Virus record (IMG/VR): IMGVR_UViG_3300026488_000010 | Direction: 5' to 3' (one strand) | DNA length: 64,000 bases | Source: a virus | Part shown: one piece after another, positions 40,797 to 50,289 of the stretch | Layout of the letters: every line of letters begins with the position of its first letter | Position numbering within the stretch: position 1 is the first letter of the stretch | Position numbers and translations under genes: made by a program | Notes under the pieces: model-generated | What the model saw: only the letters and a program-made list of their open reading frames with translations | Told to the model about the DNA's origin: nothing | Databases searched by the model: none

Positions 40797-41536
40797 TATT
40801 TTTCTCCATTTTGTACTATATATTCTTTTAAATTATATTCTATTGAGTCAAAGTGATCTGCAATGAAATCACCTGACCAATCATGCACTATTTTTATCTT
40901 CGCGGATATTGTATCAGCAAATGGTCTAATTCCACCCAACATCGTAGCTGGAAATTCTAAGAATGCATAACTTGGCCCTTTATCTCCAATAACTGATTGT
41001 GACATTACAAGCTCTCCATCAATTCCAAATGATACAGGAGTATCAATCACAACAATGTCTCGATACACTTCGAGTTCACCATTACTAGGATTATAATAAT
41101 AAAATAATTCTAGTTCAAAATTTCCAGCCCAAACATCTTTCTTTACTGATGTTTGTGTTGGTTGAGGATCACTCATTGGATCAACTACCCCATTATACAC
41201 TATTGTGAAATCAACATATACTTTAAAAGGTAATGATATAACACCTTCATTCAATACAGTATCTATAAGGTCCATAGGTATTGCATCAGTTATTCCAAAC
41301 TTTGGATAAACATTATATCTAAATGATGAATATCTAACCATATCAGTTATATCACTATCGATTGTTACAAATGATGTCGGGGCCTCTTTTAATTTCATAA
41401 ATGTTAGAATACCTTTTGATAAATAACATATCTCTTCAGTATCTGTAGTATATGCTAATTCACCTTCTATTGGTGGATCTAGCTCAAGTTCAGCTTTAAG
41501 TTTTCGTCTTAAAATGATTCCAGAATCTGCCATCAT
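40796..41536 (-). CDS. Mtd_N-like anchor protein with unique C-terminal domain
   Basis: SGIILRRKLKAELELDPPIEGELAYTTDTEE. Confidence 0.6.
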   Translation of the reverse strand: MMADSGIILRRKLKAELELDPPIEGELAYTTDTEEICYLSKGILTFMKLKEAPTSFVTIDSDITDMVRYSSFRYNVYPKFGITDAIPMDLIDTVLNEGVISLPFKVYVDFTIVYNGVVDPMSDPQPTQTSVKKDVWAGNFELELFYYYNPSNGELEVYRDIVVIDTPVSFGIDGELVMSQSVIGDKGPSYAFLEFPATMLGGIRPFADTISAKIKIVHDWSGDFIADHFDSIEYNLKEYIVQNGEK

Positions 41537-41733
41537 TTACTCCTATTTGCATCATGCATAATTGAGTGTAATGGTTTTTTTAATGGATCAAAGTCAACAG
41601 CTTCTTTGACATCATCTGCGTGTGAACCGATTGCTGCACCTACTGCTGCTGCACCCATCCCTGCTGCACCCATCCCTGCGAGAATCTTCATCTCTTCTAT
41701 AATAAATGATTTATTTATTTTCATATTTTTCAT
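41533..41733 (-). CDS. Small Gly/Ala-rich protein with leader MKINKSFIIEE
   Basis: Leader plus hydrophobic LAGMGAAGMGAAAVGAAIG. Confidence 0.6.
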   Translation of the reverse strand: MKNMKINKSFIIEEMKILAGMGAAGMGAAAVGAAIGSHADDVKEAVDFDPLKKPLHSIMHDANRSK

Positions 41734-41776
41734 ATTTTTCCTTTTCTATCTTTATCGATAAAGATCGTTTTGTAAT

Positions 41777-42493
41777 TTATAATACCCAAATCATTTGATC
41801 AGGTGGTGTTTTTCTTAAATCTTCTAATGTCTTCATTCGAAGTTCTTTTGCCTCTTGAATAAGCTCTTCAGCATTTAAATTTATTTCACCAAATGGTGTA
41901 TTAAATCTATTAAACTTTTTTCTAATTTTACCAATAGCATTCATAATATATGCGCATGCTAAGTCTCTAAAGAGATCATACATATCAGGATGAATTGATG
42001 TTGGATCAGAATGAACAACCTCTAATTCTAAAAGAAATTCATTATTTATATAAGAGAATCCAGCCTTAGTTACTTCTATGATGTTTGGAGAAATAAATCT
42101 CATTGTATCTTCAGCTCTAACCATATTTGCCATATCTAAATAATTTTGACGAACTAGATAATCTGTAACATCACCAGTTACTGATTGACTAAACATGTGA
42201 TCATAATCAACGTAATGTGCCTTATCAACTTTATTTAATATTTCCATAATTTTATAAGGAAAATTTGTGATCTCATACCTTAGTATCGGATCATCTGAAA
42301 CAATGTGACCTTCTGTTACTTTGTACCATTTGTGTAAACCAGAGTACGCGCTAAATTCTGGTAGGACGTGCATTTGAATTTTTTCTATAATTTTTTGATC
42401 TGATATCTCTAGCGCCATTACATCGGCACCAAGCTCAGTTTTAATATGATCTAACACATTATCCCAGCTTTGCCAGCTATTACATTCAGTCAT
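41777..42493 (-). CDS. Neck/head-completion protein, T4 gp13-like
   Basis: AIGKIRKKFNRFNTPFGEINLNAEELIQEA matches gp13 WG-x-x-x-x-KF...PGG-x-TLN...A. Confidence 0.7.
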   Translation of the reverse strand: MTECNSWQSWDNVLDHIKTELGADVMALEISDQKIIEKIQMHVLPEFSAYSGLHKWYKVTEGHIVSDDPILRYEITNFPYKIMEILNKVDKAHYVDYDHMFSQSVTGDVTDYLVRQNYLDMANMVRAEDTMRFISPNIIEVTKAGFSYINNEFLLELEVVHSDPTSIHPDMYDLFRDLACAYIMNAIGKIRKKFNRFNTPFGEINLNAEELIQEAKELRMKTLEDLRKTPPDQMIWVL

Positions 42494-42572
42494 ATATTGC
42501 TCCTCGTATATCGCAGTATATACTATACGATATTTGTTTATTTTAATATTTGTTGTTTATGTTTGATTTCAA

Positions 42573-42607
42573 CCACAAGAAAGTATCTAGGCACATGCCT
42601 AGATACT
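42573..42607 (-). terminator. Hairpin + TTCTTGTG signal
   Basis: 11-bp stem AGTATCTAGGC/GCCTAGATACT. Confidence 0.6.
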
Positions 42608-42845
42608 AATGCCCATAAGGACTTCGAGTGGAACGGCGAGTTCTATCATTTGAACGAATAGAACCGACGTTATTATTTAAAGGTTTTTGGCGGTCAGGTT
42701 GAGCACCAGCAGTTAATGCTGCTGCACCTCCAATCGCTAACCCACCTGCACCTGCACCTGCAATAGCTGCTGTCTTACCATCAACATGATCAATCAACTC
42801 GTCAAAGAATTCTAAAATTAATCCTTTATTTATTTTTTCAATCAT
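42606..42845 (-). CDS. Small Gly/Ala-rich protein with leader MIEKINKGLILE
   Basis: Leader plus AAIAGAGAGGLAIGGAAAL. Confidence 0.6.
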   Translation of the reverse strand: MIEKINKGLILEFFDELIDHVDGKTAAIAGAGAGGLAIGGAAALTAGAQPDRQKPLNNNVGSIRSNDRTRRSTRSPYGH

Positions 42846-43348
42846 TTTAAAGTGCTTCCCATTCGAGTACTAGGTGATAATACCGAACGAGTGCTGTCAA
42901 GCGCGCTTGTTTGTATATTAGCCATACCTTGATTCATTGGTCCAGCAACAAAAGGATTTAAATAATATTGACCGGGATTGTTCATCTTAACATCTTCGGT
43001 ACCTTGAGCATATTCTTTTGAGCTTTCAGATGCTGAATCCATTTGAGCATTCCAAGGTTGACCATTTGGATCAACTTGTACTGTTGCTTCTGTTGGCAAC
43101 TCTTTTGAATCTTTATGTTTTAATAATTCATAAGGGACTTGGTTATATACTTGGCCAAGTTTATTACCAATATGAGAGATTGGTCCACCAACCATAGGAT
43201 TAAATATATACTGTCCAGGATTGCTATCAAGTGTTGCTGAGAGTGCTTGGTCTCTATTTACAAGAGCTTGTTGACGATTCTGCATAGATGTGTCCCATGC
43301 TCCATTAACTGCTTCTAAAATTAAACTCTTATTTATATCATATATCAT
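42842..43348 (-). CDS. Protein with leader MIYDINKSLILE and an internal duplicated NPGQY-x-x-NP-x-V-x-GP motif
   Basis: Start re-called to 43348 (AGGGG RBS); NPGQYIFNPMVGGP / NPGQYYLNPFVAGP. Confidence 0.6.
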   Translation of the reverse strand: MIYDINKSLILEAVNGAWDTSMQNRQQALVNRDQALSATLDSNPGQYIFNPMVGGPISHIGNKLGQVYNQVPYELLKHKDSKELPTEATVQVDPNGQPWNAQMDSASESSKEYAQGTEDVKMNNPGQYYLNPFVAGPMNQGMANIQTSALDSTRSVLSPSTRMGSTLK

Positions 43349-43349
43349 T

Positions 43350-43985
43350 TTATTTCCCCTTTTTTGCTCGGACTTTTTTAGCAACATCTATTAATAATTT
43401 TGATGCTGAATTTCTTGTAGCTTTAACAGCTTTATCTTTTGCAGCTTTTGCAGCTTTGGTTGTTTTATCTACATATTTTTCACCATTCTTTGCTAAGTGT
43501 AATCCACCAGCAATAGTTGTGGCACTGACAGCTAATGTTTTTGCAGCTGTTGTTAAACCAGATTCATCTTCATCATCAGAATTGATTTCATCTAAATCTG
43601 TCGATTCCCCAAAATAACCTTTAACTGTATCAACTGTATCATTAATTGATTGAACAGTGTTTCCTAAACCATGACCAACATCATATGCTGCTCTTGGTAC
43701 TAGTGCAATATTTGGATCAGTCTCAGCATTATATGCTGCCTTGACCGAGTCCATTGCCGTTCTCGCACCTGCTCCATAATCAACACCTCGTAAATTCGAT
43801 GTACCAACTCCTGTTAACACCGCAGCATTATTAATAGAACTATTTACAGCTGATCCAAGATTACCATTATTCGCAGCATATGCTCCAATTCCTGCTAAAG
43901 ATGCGCCTGCTACATATTTACCTTTATTACCATTAAGATGATTTAACAATCCTTCTTGTAATAAATAAATCATTTTTTGTTTCAT
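43350..43985 (-). CDS. Gly/Ala-rich protein with leader MKQKMIYLLQE
   Basis: LLQEG...GKYVAG shared with 43994..44506; second hydrophobic segment after acidic linker. Confidence 0.6.
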   Translation of the reverse strand: MKQKMIYLLQEGLLNHLNGNKGKYVAGASLAGIGAYAANNGNLGSAVNSSINNAAVLTGVGTSNLRGVDYGAGARTAMDSVKAAYNAETDPNIALVPRAAYDVGHGLGNTVQSINDTVDTVKGYFGESTDLDEINSDDEDESGLTTAAKTLAVSATTIAGGLHLAKNGEKYVDKTTKAAKAAKDKAVKATRNSASKLLIDVAKKVRAKKGK

Positions 43986-43993
43986 TTTAATTC

Positions 43994-44506
43994 CTAAAAT
44001 TTATTTTTTATATAATCAGTGTATGGTGTAACATGTGCAGCTAAGTTATCATAAGCTAAACCTGCAGATACAATTGGATGTCTAACTGTAAAGTTTGTTT
44101 GATCTGGTTCTTGATCCATTGATGTTACTTTTTTAATAACATTTGATGCTGTGTCTTGTGCATGTGATAAAGCGTTTTCTTTTTGTATCGAGTGCTGATA
44201 ATCATAAGTGTCGCCATTATGATCCCAATTTGATATTAAGTTATCAGGTTTAGAAAAAACTTCATTCGCTGCTTGTAACTTTGCTGTTATTGCATTAGCA
44301 GTTGATGCATTATGTAAATCGGCTGATGCTTCACCTGCAAAATCTTGAACTGCATCTTGTGCTTCAACACCTAATAAACCTTTACCTGCTGCGTATGTTC
44401 CAGCAGTTCCAGCAGCCGCTAAACCAGCAACATACTTACCATAATTGTTTTTTAGGTGATCAACAATCCCCTCTTCTATAATATGATTTTTAATATCAAT
44501 TATCAT
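43994..44506 (-). CDS. Ala-rich protein with leader MIIDIKNHIIEE
   Basis: Leader and NNYGKYVAGLAAAG shared with neighbours. Confidence 0.6.
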   Translation of the reverse strand: MIIDIKNHIIEEGIVDHLKNNYGKYVAGLAAAGTAGTYAAGKGLLGVEAQDAVQDFAGEASADLHNASTANAITAKLQAANEVFSKPDNLISNWDHNGDTYDYQHSIQKENALSHAQDTASNVIKKVTSMDQEPDQTNFTVRHPIVSAGLAYDNLAAHVTPYTDYIKNKF

Positions 44507-44892
44507 TTTATTTCCTTATTATGTTTTCTATAGTAATTATTTGCACCTGCTCTAAATGCTGGAGCTGCTAATAATCCACCTAATGATGCGCCAATCGCGC
44601 CTGAAGCTGCTGGAACTACAAAATTATTATTTAGAGTATCAAATGAATCATCACCGATATCAATATCATCATATTGTGATTTAACAATACCTAACCCAGT
44701 ACCTACGGCAGCACCTATAGCAGCTGGAGCGGTACTCGCAGTTAAACCTGCAACATAAGTATTATTTGCTAAACCCAATGCTGTCATATTTTCTTTATCT
44801 CTTTTCGCCTCATAACTTTTATGTTTATCACGAATTCTATCTTTAATGATCGTTGCAAACTCTTCTATGATTTCAAATTTATTTAATTTCAT
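44503..44892 (-). CDS. Glycine-zipper protein with leader MKLNKFEIIEE
   Basis: AIGAAVGTGLG and GAIGASLGGLL; start re-called to 44892 (GGAG RBS). Confidence 0.6.
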   Translation of the reverse strand: MKLNKFEIIEEFATIIKDRIRDKHKSYEAKRDKENMTALGLANNTYVAGLTASTAPAAIGAAVGTGLGIVKSQYDDIDIGDDSFDTLNNNFVVPAASGAIGASLGGLLAAPAFRAGANNYYRKHNKEIK

Positions 44893-44893
44893 A

Positions 44894-45463
44894 TTATGCT
44901 CCATAACTTTTCATAAATTCTAATGTATCTGAATCTTTTATAGTATTACTTAAATTATCATGAGTTGTATCATGTGCTGTTGATTGTGCTGTTGATTGTG
45001 CTGTTGACTGAGATGTTGAATATGCTGGTGTATTTGCATCATCATTCGTTTTTCTACTAAAATCTGGTATCTTTTCTTTTAACTCATTAAAAACTTTTAT
45101 TACTGTTGATTGATCTTCTGGACCTTGTATATCTTTTAAATGATCATTTTCAACAGCTGATGAGTTAGAATCTAGAGGTGAATCTTTTGTTTCACCTAAT
45201 GTTTTAATACCATCACCATTAGCATCTGTACCATATGTTGAATTAAGTTTTATCATTGAATCTTTTGACCAATCACCTGCTTTTTCAACGAAACCTTTTA
45301 AAGCTGAACCACCTCTATCAACAGCATCCTTAGCTGTTGGGCCAAAAGCATTAGCATGTGCCAATGCTATACCACCTGCAGCCATTAAACCTTTTCCCCA
45401 ATTATCTTTCACACTTTGTAAAACACCTTCTTGAATAAGGTGTGCTTTTATATCTATTATCAT
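44894..45463 (-). CDS. Protein with leader MIIDIKAHLIQE
   Basis: Leader, WGKGLMAAGGIALAHA, STAQ repeats. Confidence 0.6.
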   Translation of the reverse strand: MIIDIKAHLIQEGVLQSVKDNWGKGLMAAGGIALAHANAFGPTAKDAVDRGGSALKGFVEKAGDWSKDSMIKLNSTYGTDANGDGIKTLGETKDSPLDSNSSAVENDHLKDIQGPEDQSTVIKVFNELKEKIPDFSRKTNDDANTPAYSTSQSTAQSTAQSTAHDTTHDNLSNTIKDSDTLEFMKSYGA

Positions 45464-45562
45464 ATTGGTTTCCTCAAAATTTCTTATATAAATATCCTAA
45501 AATTCCTATATAAGAATTTCTATTAATTTGTTAGTATCCGGAGATACTAACATACTAACATA

Positions 45563-46099
45563 CTACCCTCTCATTCGTTGACCGAACTCAGTACCTTTTC
45601 TGATACCATACTCCGCCGCATTGTTAAGATTATTTAGACGAACAGCAGCCGCCCCTTTTCTTAACATAGAATCATCTTGAGATGTTGTATTGTATCCATG
45701 CTTAGCAAGACGTTGTTTAATCGGATTGATACTTGAACCATGCAATAATCTTTTTGCTGCGAATGATTGCCCAATCGTTCCAAGACCGGCCCCAATTGCT
45801 GCACCTGTCATATCATATTCATCATCATTAACTTCTTGATCAATATCATCTTGTTTCATTACCGCTTTATCAGCATATGAAAGATCACCATCACCATGTA
45901 CAGAATTACCTGCTGCACCTCCAACTAACATACCGGCAGTTGGAGCCATAGATGCAGCAGCCGCATTATTAAATGTTTTTGATGCTGAACTATGGTTTAA
46001 TGCTCTAGTTGAACGTCTTGCAAATTTTTCAGCTTTTTCTGGAGAATCTATTCTAAATGCTTCTTCTAAAAGAGCGCTTTTATCTATTGTATATATCAT
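45563..46099 (-). CDS. Glycine-zipper protein with leader MIYTIDKSALLEE
   Basis: AGMLVGGAAG and GAAIGAGLGTIG. Confidence 0.6.
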   Translation of the reverse strand: MIYTIDKSALLEEAFRIDSPEKAEKFARRSTRALNHSSASKTFNNAAAASMAPTAGMLVGGAAGNSVHGDGDLSYADKAVMKQDDIDQEVNDDEYDMTGAAIGAGLGTIGQSFAAKRLLHGSSINPIKQRLAKHGYNTTSQDDSMLRKGAAAVRLNNLNNAAEYGIRKGTEFGQRMRG

Positions 46100-46199
46100 T
46101 TTATTTCCTATTTGATTATTTAATTATATGAATTTTAGCACAAGAATAATCATAGAGATAAACTCCATGATTAAATTATGTGTAATTATGCGTAATTAT

Positions 46200-46859
46200 C
46201 TATCTACTTCTACCAAGATTTCCATAACCCGTAGGTCTAGAAACATTATTTGAAGGATGTGATAAATTTTGTTTGAATGCGGATCCACCACTTTTCAGAG
46301 CAGAGCCAAAATTCTTAACACCGTGACCAGTTGCAGCAACGCCACTTTTAGCAGCACCATATGCAGCATGTGCACCTTGTTTTACTTGAGAAGCTGTTTT
46401 ACCAACACCATTTCCTGCAACATGTGCAGCAATACCCCCAGCAGCAGCTAATCCAAGCCCACCTAAGATACCAATACCTGAATCATCATCAGCTGCATCA
46501 TCAATAGGTGCAGCTGCGTCAACTGACGCATGCTGAGCATCATGTTCAACCTTTTGACGAACATCAGATACTGGAGCAGATTCTTTAGCTTGAAACATTT
46601 TGTCTCCACCATAGAAATGACCAGCAGCCGTTGCTTCGTTTCCGATTTTAGAACCAGCAGCTGAAGCAGCTCCTCGAACAGCATCGTAACTTCCATCAAC
46701 AGCATTCTTAACACCTGAACCAAATGTTCCAGCATGTGCTAATCCAAGTCCAGCGCCAACAGCACCGACTTTCATACCATTTCTTGCCATCTGAGACATC
46801 TCTTCTTCTAATAGAGAAAGAGATTCTAAGATGATACTTTTATTTACATCAAAAATCAT
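46200..46859 (-). CDS. Gly/Ala-rich protein with leader MIFDVNKSIILESLSLLEE
   Basis: VGAVGAGLGLAHAG and IGILGGLGLAAAGGIAAH hydrophobic segments. Confidence 0.6.
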   Translation of the reverse strand: MIFDVNKSIILESLSLLEEEMSQMARNGMKVGAVGAGLGLAHAGTFGSGVKNAVDGSYDAVRGAASAAGSKIGNEATAAGHFYGGDKMFQAKESAPVSDVRQKVEHDAQHASVDAAAPIDDAADDDSGIGILGGLGLAAAGGIAAHVAGNGVGKTASQVKQGAHAAYGAAKSGVAATGHGVKNFGSALKSGGSAFKQNLSHPSNNVSRPTGYGNLGRSR

Positions 46860-46868
46860 ATTTGATCC

Positions 46869-47444
46869 TTAACGTGTTTGAGATTGAGGTCGAATAGGTG
46901 CACGATTTCTAAATTGTTGCATTCTACGTTTCAAAGTTTGTCCAGCAGCAGGAATTGCACGTTGTGCAATCATACCTGCTCCAACACCACCTGCTAGTGC
47001 ACCTGCTCCAATAGCAGCAGCAGTTCCTGGATTGGCACCAATAACATTCCCAATAGAAGCAGTTTGACCCAAATTAAGCTCAGGATTGTAACCTTGAGAA
47101 TATCCTTGCTGCATTGAGCTATTAATAACTTCGCCTGTATCATCATAATCCAAATCCATTGAACCATCTTCCATGTCGCCTGTTGCTAAACCAGCAACGC
47201 CTGCAACACCATGAGCAAGACCTTGAGCGCCACCAGCAACGTGATCAGCCCAAGATTCTTGTAAAAGATTTTGAACAGCTACGATTGTACCTTCTTCAAC
47301 TAACATTTTACGAATTTGCATAATACTTTCATTGATAAGGATTTTACCTTGTAAAACAGTCTTTTCATCAAGACCATCGGACTCCTCTAAGAGTCCAAGA
47401 TTGTATTGATTACGAGTGTTTTCTAATACTAAATCTAATTTCAT
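46869..47444 (-). CDS. MKLDLVLEN-family protein with Gly-rich hydrophobic C-terminus
   Basis: ~65-aa leader with LVLE, LLEE, LINE, LVEE, LQES motifs. Confidence 0.65.
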   Translation of the reverse strand: MKLDLVLENTRNQYNLGLLEESDGLDEKTVLQGKILINESIMQIRKMLVEEGTIVAVQNLLQESWADHVAGGAQGLAHGVAGVAGLATGDMEDGSMDLDYDDTGEVINSSMQQGYSQGYNPELNLGQTASIGNVIGANPGTAAAIGAGALAGGVGAGMIAQRAIPAAGQTLKRRMQQFRNRAPIRPQSQTR

Positions 47445-48079
47445 TAGTCATCTCCTAGTGCTGCAGCGGCAGCTCCACCAGCAGCTAATAGTGCGGCGGC
47501 AGCTCCACCTTTCTTAAGAAGAGATTTATCTTTCTTAGAACCAGTTGTTGCAGGTGTTTTATTACCAGCTTTTACAGGTGCTCCAGCTTTAGGTTCTGTT
47601 TTAGCAGAAGCCTTGTCATGTTTCTTTTGAGAAACTAATGCTTTTGATGCTTTAGACTTTTCTTTCTTAGCAACATTAGCAACCACAACTGCATGTTTCT
47701 TAGCTTTAACTTGGTCATCACGCTTTGCAATTTGCTTTTGAGCATTTTGTTTAGCAGCAACAGCCTTCTCAGCATCTTCTGCTTTCTTAGTACGCATTGC
47801 TTTTGCTTCTGCTTTCTTAGCAGCTTTCTCAGCGTTACGTTTAACTGTACGATCAAAATTTGACTCTTCAATAACAGCATATGTCCATGCTTCTTCTAAA
47901 ACTTGTTGAACAGCACTCATAGTACCTTCTTCAACTAACATTTTACGAATTTGCATAGTTGATTCGTTGATAAGAATCTTACCACGAAGCAACTCTGTTT
48001 CTGACATATTTTCTGATTCTTCAAGAAGTCCAAGATTGTAGCGATTACGAGTGTTTTCTAATACTAAATCTAACTTCAT
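47444..48079 (-). CDS. MKLDLVLEN-family protein with Lys/Ala-rich (histone H1-like) C-terminus
   Basis: Same leader; AEKAAKKAEAKA...KAKK basic region; hydrophobic tail. Confidence 0.65.
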   Translation of the reverse strand: MKLDLVLENTRNRYNLGLLEESENMSETELLRGKILINESTMQIRKMLVEEGTMSAVQQVLEEAWTYAVIEESNFDRTVKRNAEKAAKKAEAKAMRTKKAEDAEKAVAAKQNAQKQIAKRDDQVKAKKHAVVVANVAKKEKSKASKALVSQKKHDKASAKTEPKAGAPVKAGNKTPATTGSKKDKSLLKKGGAAAALLAAGGAAAAALGDD

Positions 48080-48089
48080 AATCAAATCC

Positions 48090-48674
48090 TTATTTTAGGT
48101 TTGCAAGGATTCTCGCAACCACATTTTCAGATTCTTCAAGAATTTCAGACTCTTCTTCGATTACAGTACTTTCTTCAACGATTGCACCTTCTTCAGACTC
48201 TTCAGACTCTTCAGACTCTTCACTTTCTTCAACGATTTCACCTTCTTCACTTTCTTCAACGATTTCACCTTCAGCTTCTTCAGACTCAGCCATTGGTTGA
48301 GGCTCTTCTGCCATTGGAGCATCTACAGGAAGTTCACCATGATCTTCTTCAGCATCAGCCATACCATCTTGATCACCATCTACTGGAATAAGTTGACCAT
48401 CTTGGAATACATACTTGTTACCAACAGCATCGAATAATTCAATTGGTGATTCAGGAGCCATTTCTTCAGGAGCATCTGGTACTTCAATTGTATCAGGAAT
48501 AAAATCCTCAGCAGCTTCAGTGATAATGTCAGCACATAAATTGTGATAAAACTCAGACTCTTCTAATGTAACTGAACCTTTTTCAGCGATGTGGTTAAGA
48601 ACCATAGCATTACCCATGTTCGTACTTGTTTCTTCTAAAACACTTGCTAGTGTTTGTGCAAAATATTCATTCAT
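48090..48674 (-). CDS. Highly acidic protein, possible prohead core/scaffold (gp67/gp68-like role)
   Basis: Repeated IVEES/ILEES/VIEEE motifs, poly-EES runs. Confidence 0.5.
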   Translation of the reverse strand: MNEYFAQTLASVLEETSTNMGNAMVLNHIAEKGSVTLEESEFYHNLCADIITEAAEDFIPDTIEVPDAPEEMAPESPIELFDAVGNKYVFQDGQLIPVDGDQDGMADAEEDHGELPVDAPMAEEPQPMAESEEAEGEIVEESEEGEIVEESEESEESEESEEGAIVEESTVIEEESEILEESENVVARILANLK

Positions 48675-48789
48675 ATTTTTACCTTTGTTTTAATTTTTTA
48701 ATTTTGTGAATTGTTCTTGATTTGTGATTTTCTTAATTATTTGTTACCTAAGTGTTTTATTTATACCTAATTGTAAATAATTATAACAT

Positions 48790-49830
48790 CTAATCAAATA
48801 TAAGTAGTTCTGTTATAGATAATGGCCCAAATTTAAAATTTGCAAGTTTATCTTTCAACGGAAAGATAAACGTATCTAAATCATCATTTAACATTGTGTC
48901 TTCAACTAACGTAATCTCTTCCCATAATATATTTGGGGTATTAGAAGTTGAATCATCAACAATATATATTGCACATGCTTTATTTATAATCTGATCTCTT
49001 AATGATATAGGAACTTCACAAGTGTTGTTCTCTATATTAAAATTAGATTCTGCTAATATATTTGCCTGTTTAAATTTTTGTTGTCTATCAGAGAAAACAT
49101 CATTATCCATATCAATAAGAATCGGTGTTGTTTCTGTCTGTAAATTTTCAACGATTTGTATACCATTGATAATCCGATTATCTATTGTTTGATTCCCAAT
49201 AACATTTGGAACTCTTAATCTAATTTCTAAACCAATATCTAAACTTATTTCATCTTCTACATTTTTTGTTTTTGTTGTTGATGTCACTTTAAATAGTGGC
49301 TCTAAACCAAACCATGCGAATCCTTCAGTTACTTGATCAGTGCTTCTATAATGAACGCCATTCATATCATGAGATGGTTCCCAATTAGTCATATATTTAT
49401 TAATATTAATAAAAGAATTATATCTATAAGCATAGAACATAAAATCTTTTGGAAACGCGCTGATAACATGATTATGATAATCAAGTAAATCAGCTAATGA
49501 TGCTAAGTTTATTTTTAATTGCACCTGCATCGTAACCCATTTGAAGTCACATAATATGGTTTCTTGTAAATCATGATTATTTGCGAGAACTTCAACTAAC
49601 TCATCAGAGTGAGCACCGCCGATATAACGAAAGAATGCTTTATTATCATCAACAGATATATCTGTTAAATTGATCATACACATAGGATATTCTTTAACAT
49701 GTTCTTGATAAAGTTTATAATTTAAGAATGCTTTGTCTCCATAATTAAATTGCCAGTGTTCAATCTCAGGGAAATGTGAAGCAATAAATTTTTTAAAAGA
49801 TTTTAAAAAATCTAAGTAATGACCATTCAT
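48790..49830 (-). CDS. Probable tail completion/terminator protein (gp15-like)
   Basis: YPMCMINLTDISVD resembles gp15 (L/Y)P-x-MS-F-x-x-x-x-I-x-YD; near neck gene. Confidence 0.4.
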   Translation of the reverse strand: MNGHYLDFLKSFKKFIASHFPEIEHWQFNYGDKAFLNYKLYQEHVKEYPMCMINLTDISVDDNKAFFRYIGGAHSDELVEVLANNHDLQETILCDFKWVTMQVQLKINLASLADLLDYHNHVISAFPKDFMFYAYRYNSFININKYMTNWEPSHDMNGVHYRSTDQVTEGFAWFGLEPLFKVTSTTKTKNVEDEISLDIGLEIRLRVPNVIGNQTIDNRIINGIQIVENLQTETTPILIDMDNDVFSDRQQKFKQANILAESNFNIENNTCEVPISLRDQIINKACAIYIVDDSTSNTPNILWEEITLVEDTMLNDDLDTFIFPLKDKLANFKFGPLSITELLIFD

Positions 49831-50244
49831 TTATATCTCCTCTAACCGTTGATTAATATTATATAAAGTTGTTGAACTAAAGAATAAACTAAAATCATCT
49901 TCTCCCTTATACTTTCTATGAAGAACCATGATCGTATCAGTTCCTAACAATATCCTATAGACCAATAAAGCATTATCAACTGTACCAAACGAATATGTTT
50001 GCCACTTATTAATCTCTTTAATTTTTATATGATTATCTTCAATAATGAATAATTCATTATCTTTATTTTTATCATAAACTTTATCCAAATCTCTTATAAA
50101 ATTTAATTTTAAATTATAATGTTCATTTAGATATTTATAATTTCCAGATAATCTATATGCGTGATCTATAGATGATAAACGCATATAGACATATGGTGAT
50201 GTTCTATGAGATATTGGAACCTTATACGACTCATAATTTTCCAT
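49831..50244 (-). CDS. Hypothetical protein
   Basis: 137-aa ORF, AAGGA RBS. Confidence 0.6.
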   Translation of the reverse strand: MENYESYKVPISHRTSPYVYMRLSSIDHAYRLSGNYKYLNEHYNLKLNFIRDLDKVYDKNKDNELFIIEDNHIKIKEINKWQTYSFGTVDNALLVYRILLGTDTIMVLHRKYKGEDDFSLFFSSTTLYNINQRLEEI

Positions 50245-50289
50245 TTTATTTCCTTTTTGTAAAACGATCTTTATCGATAAAGATCGTTT

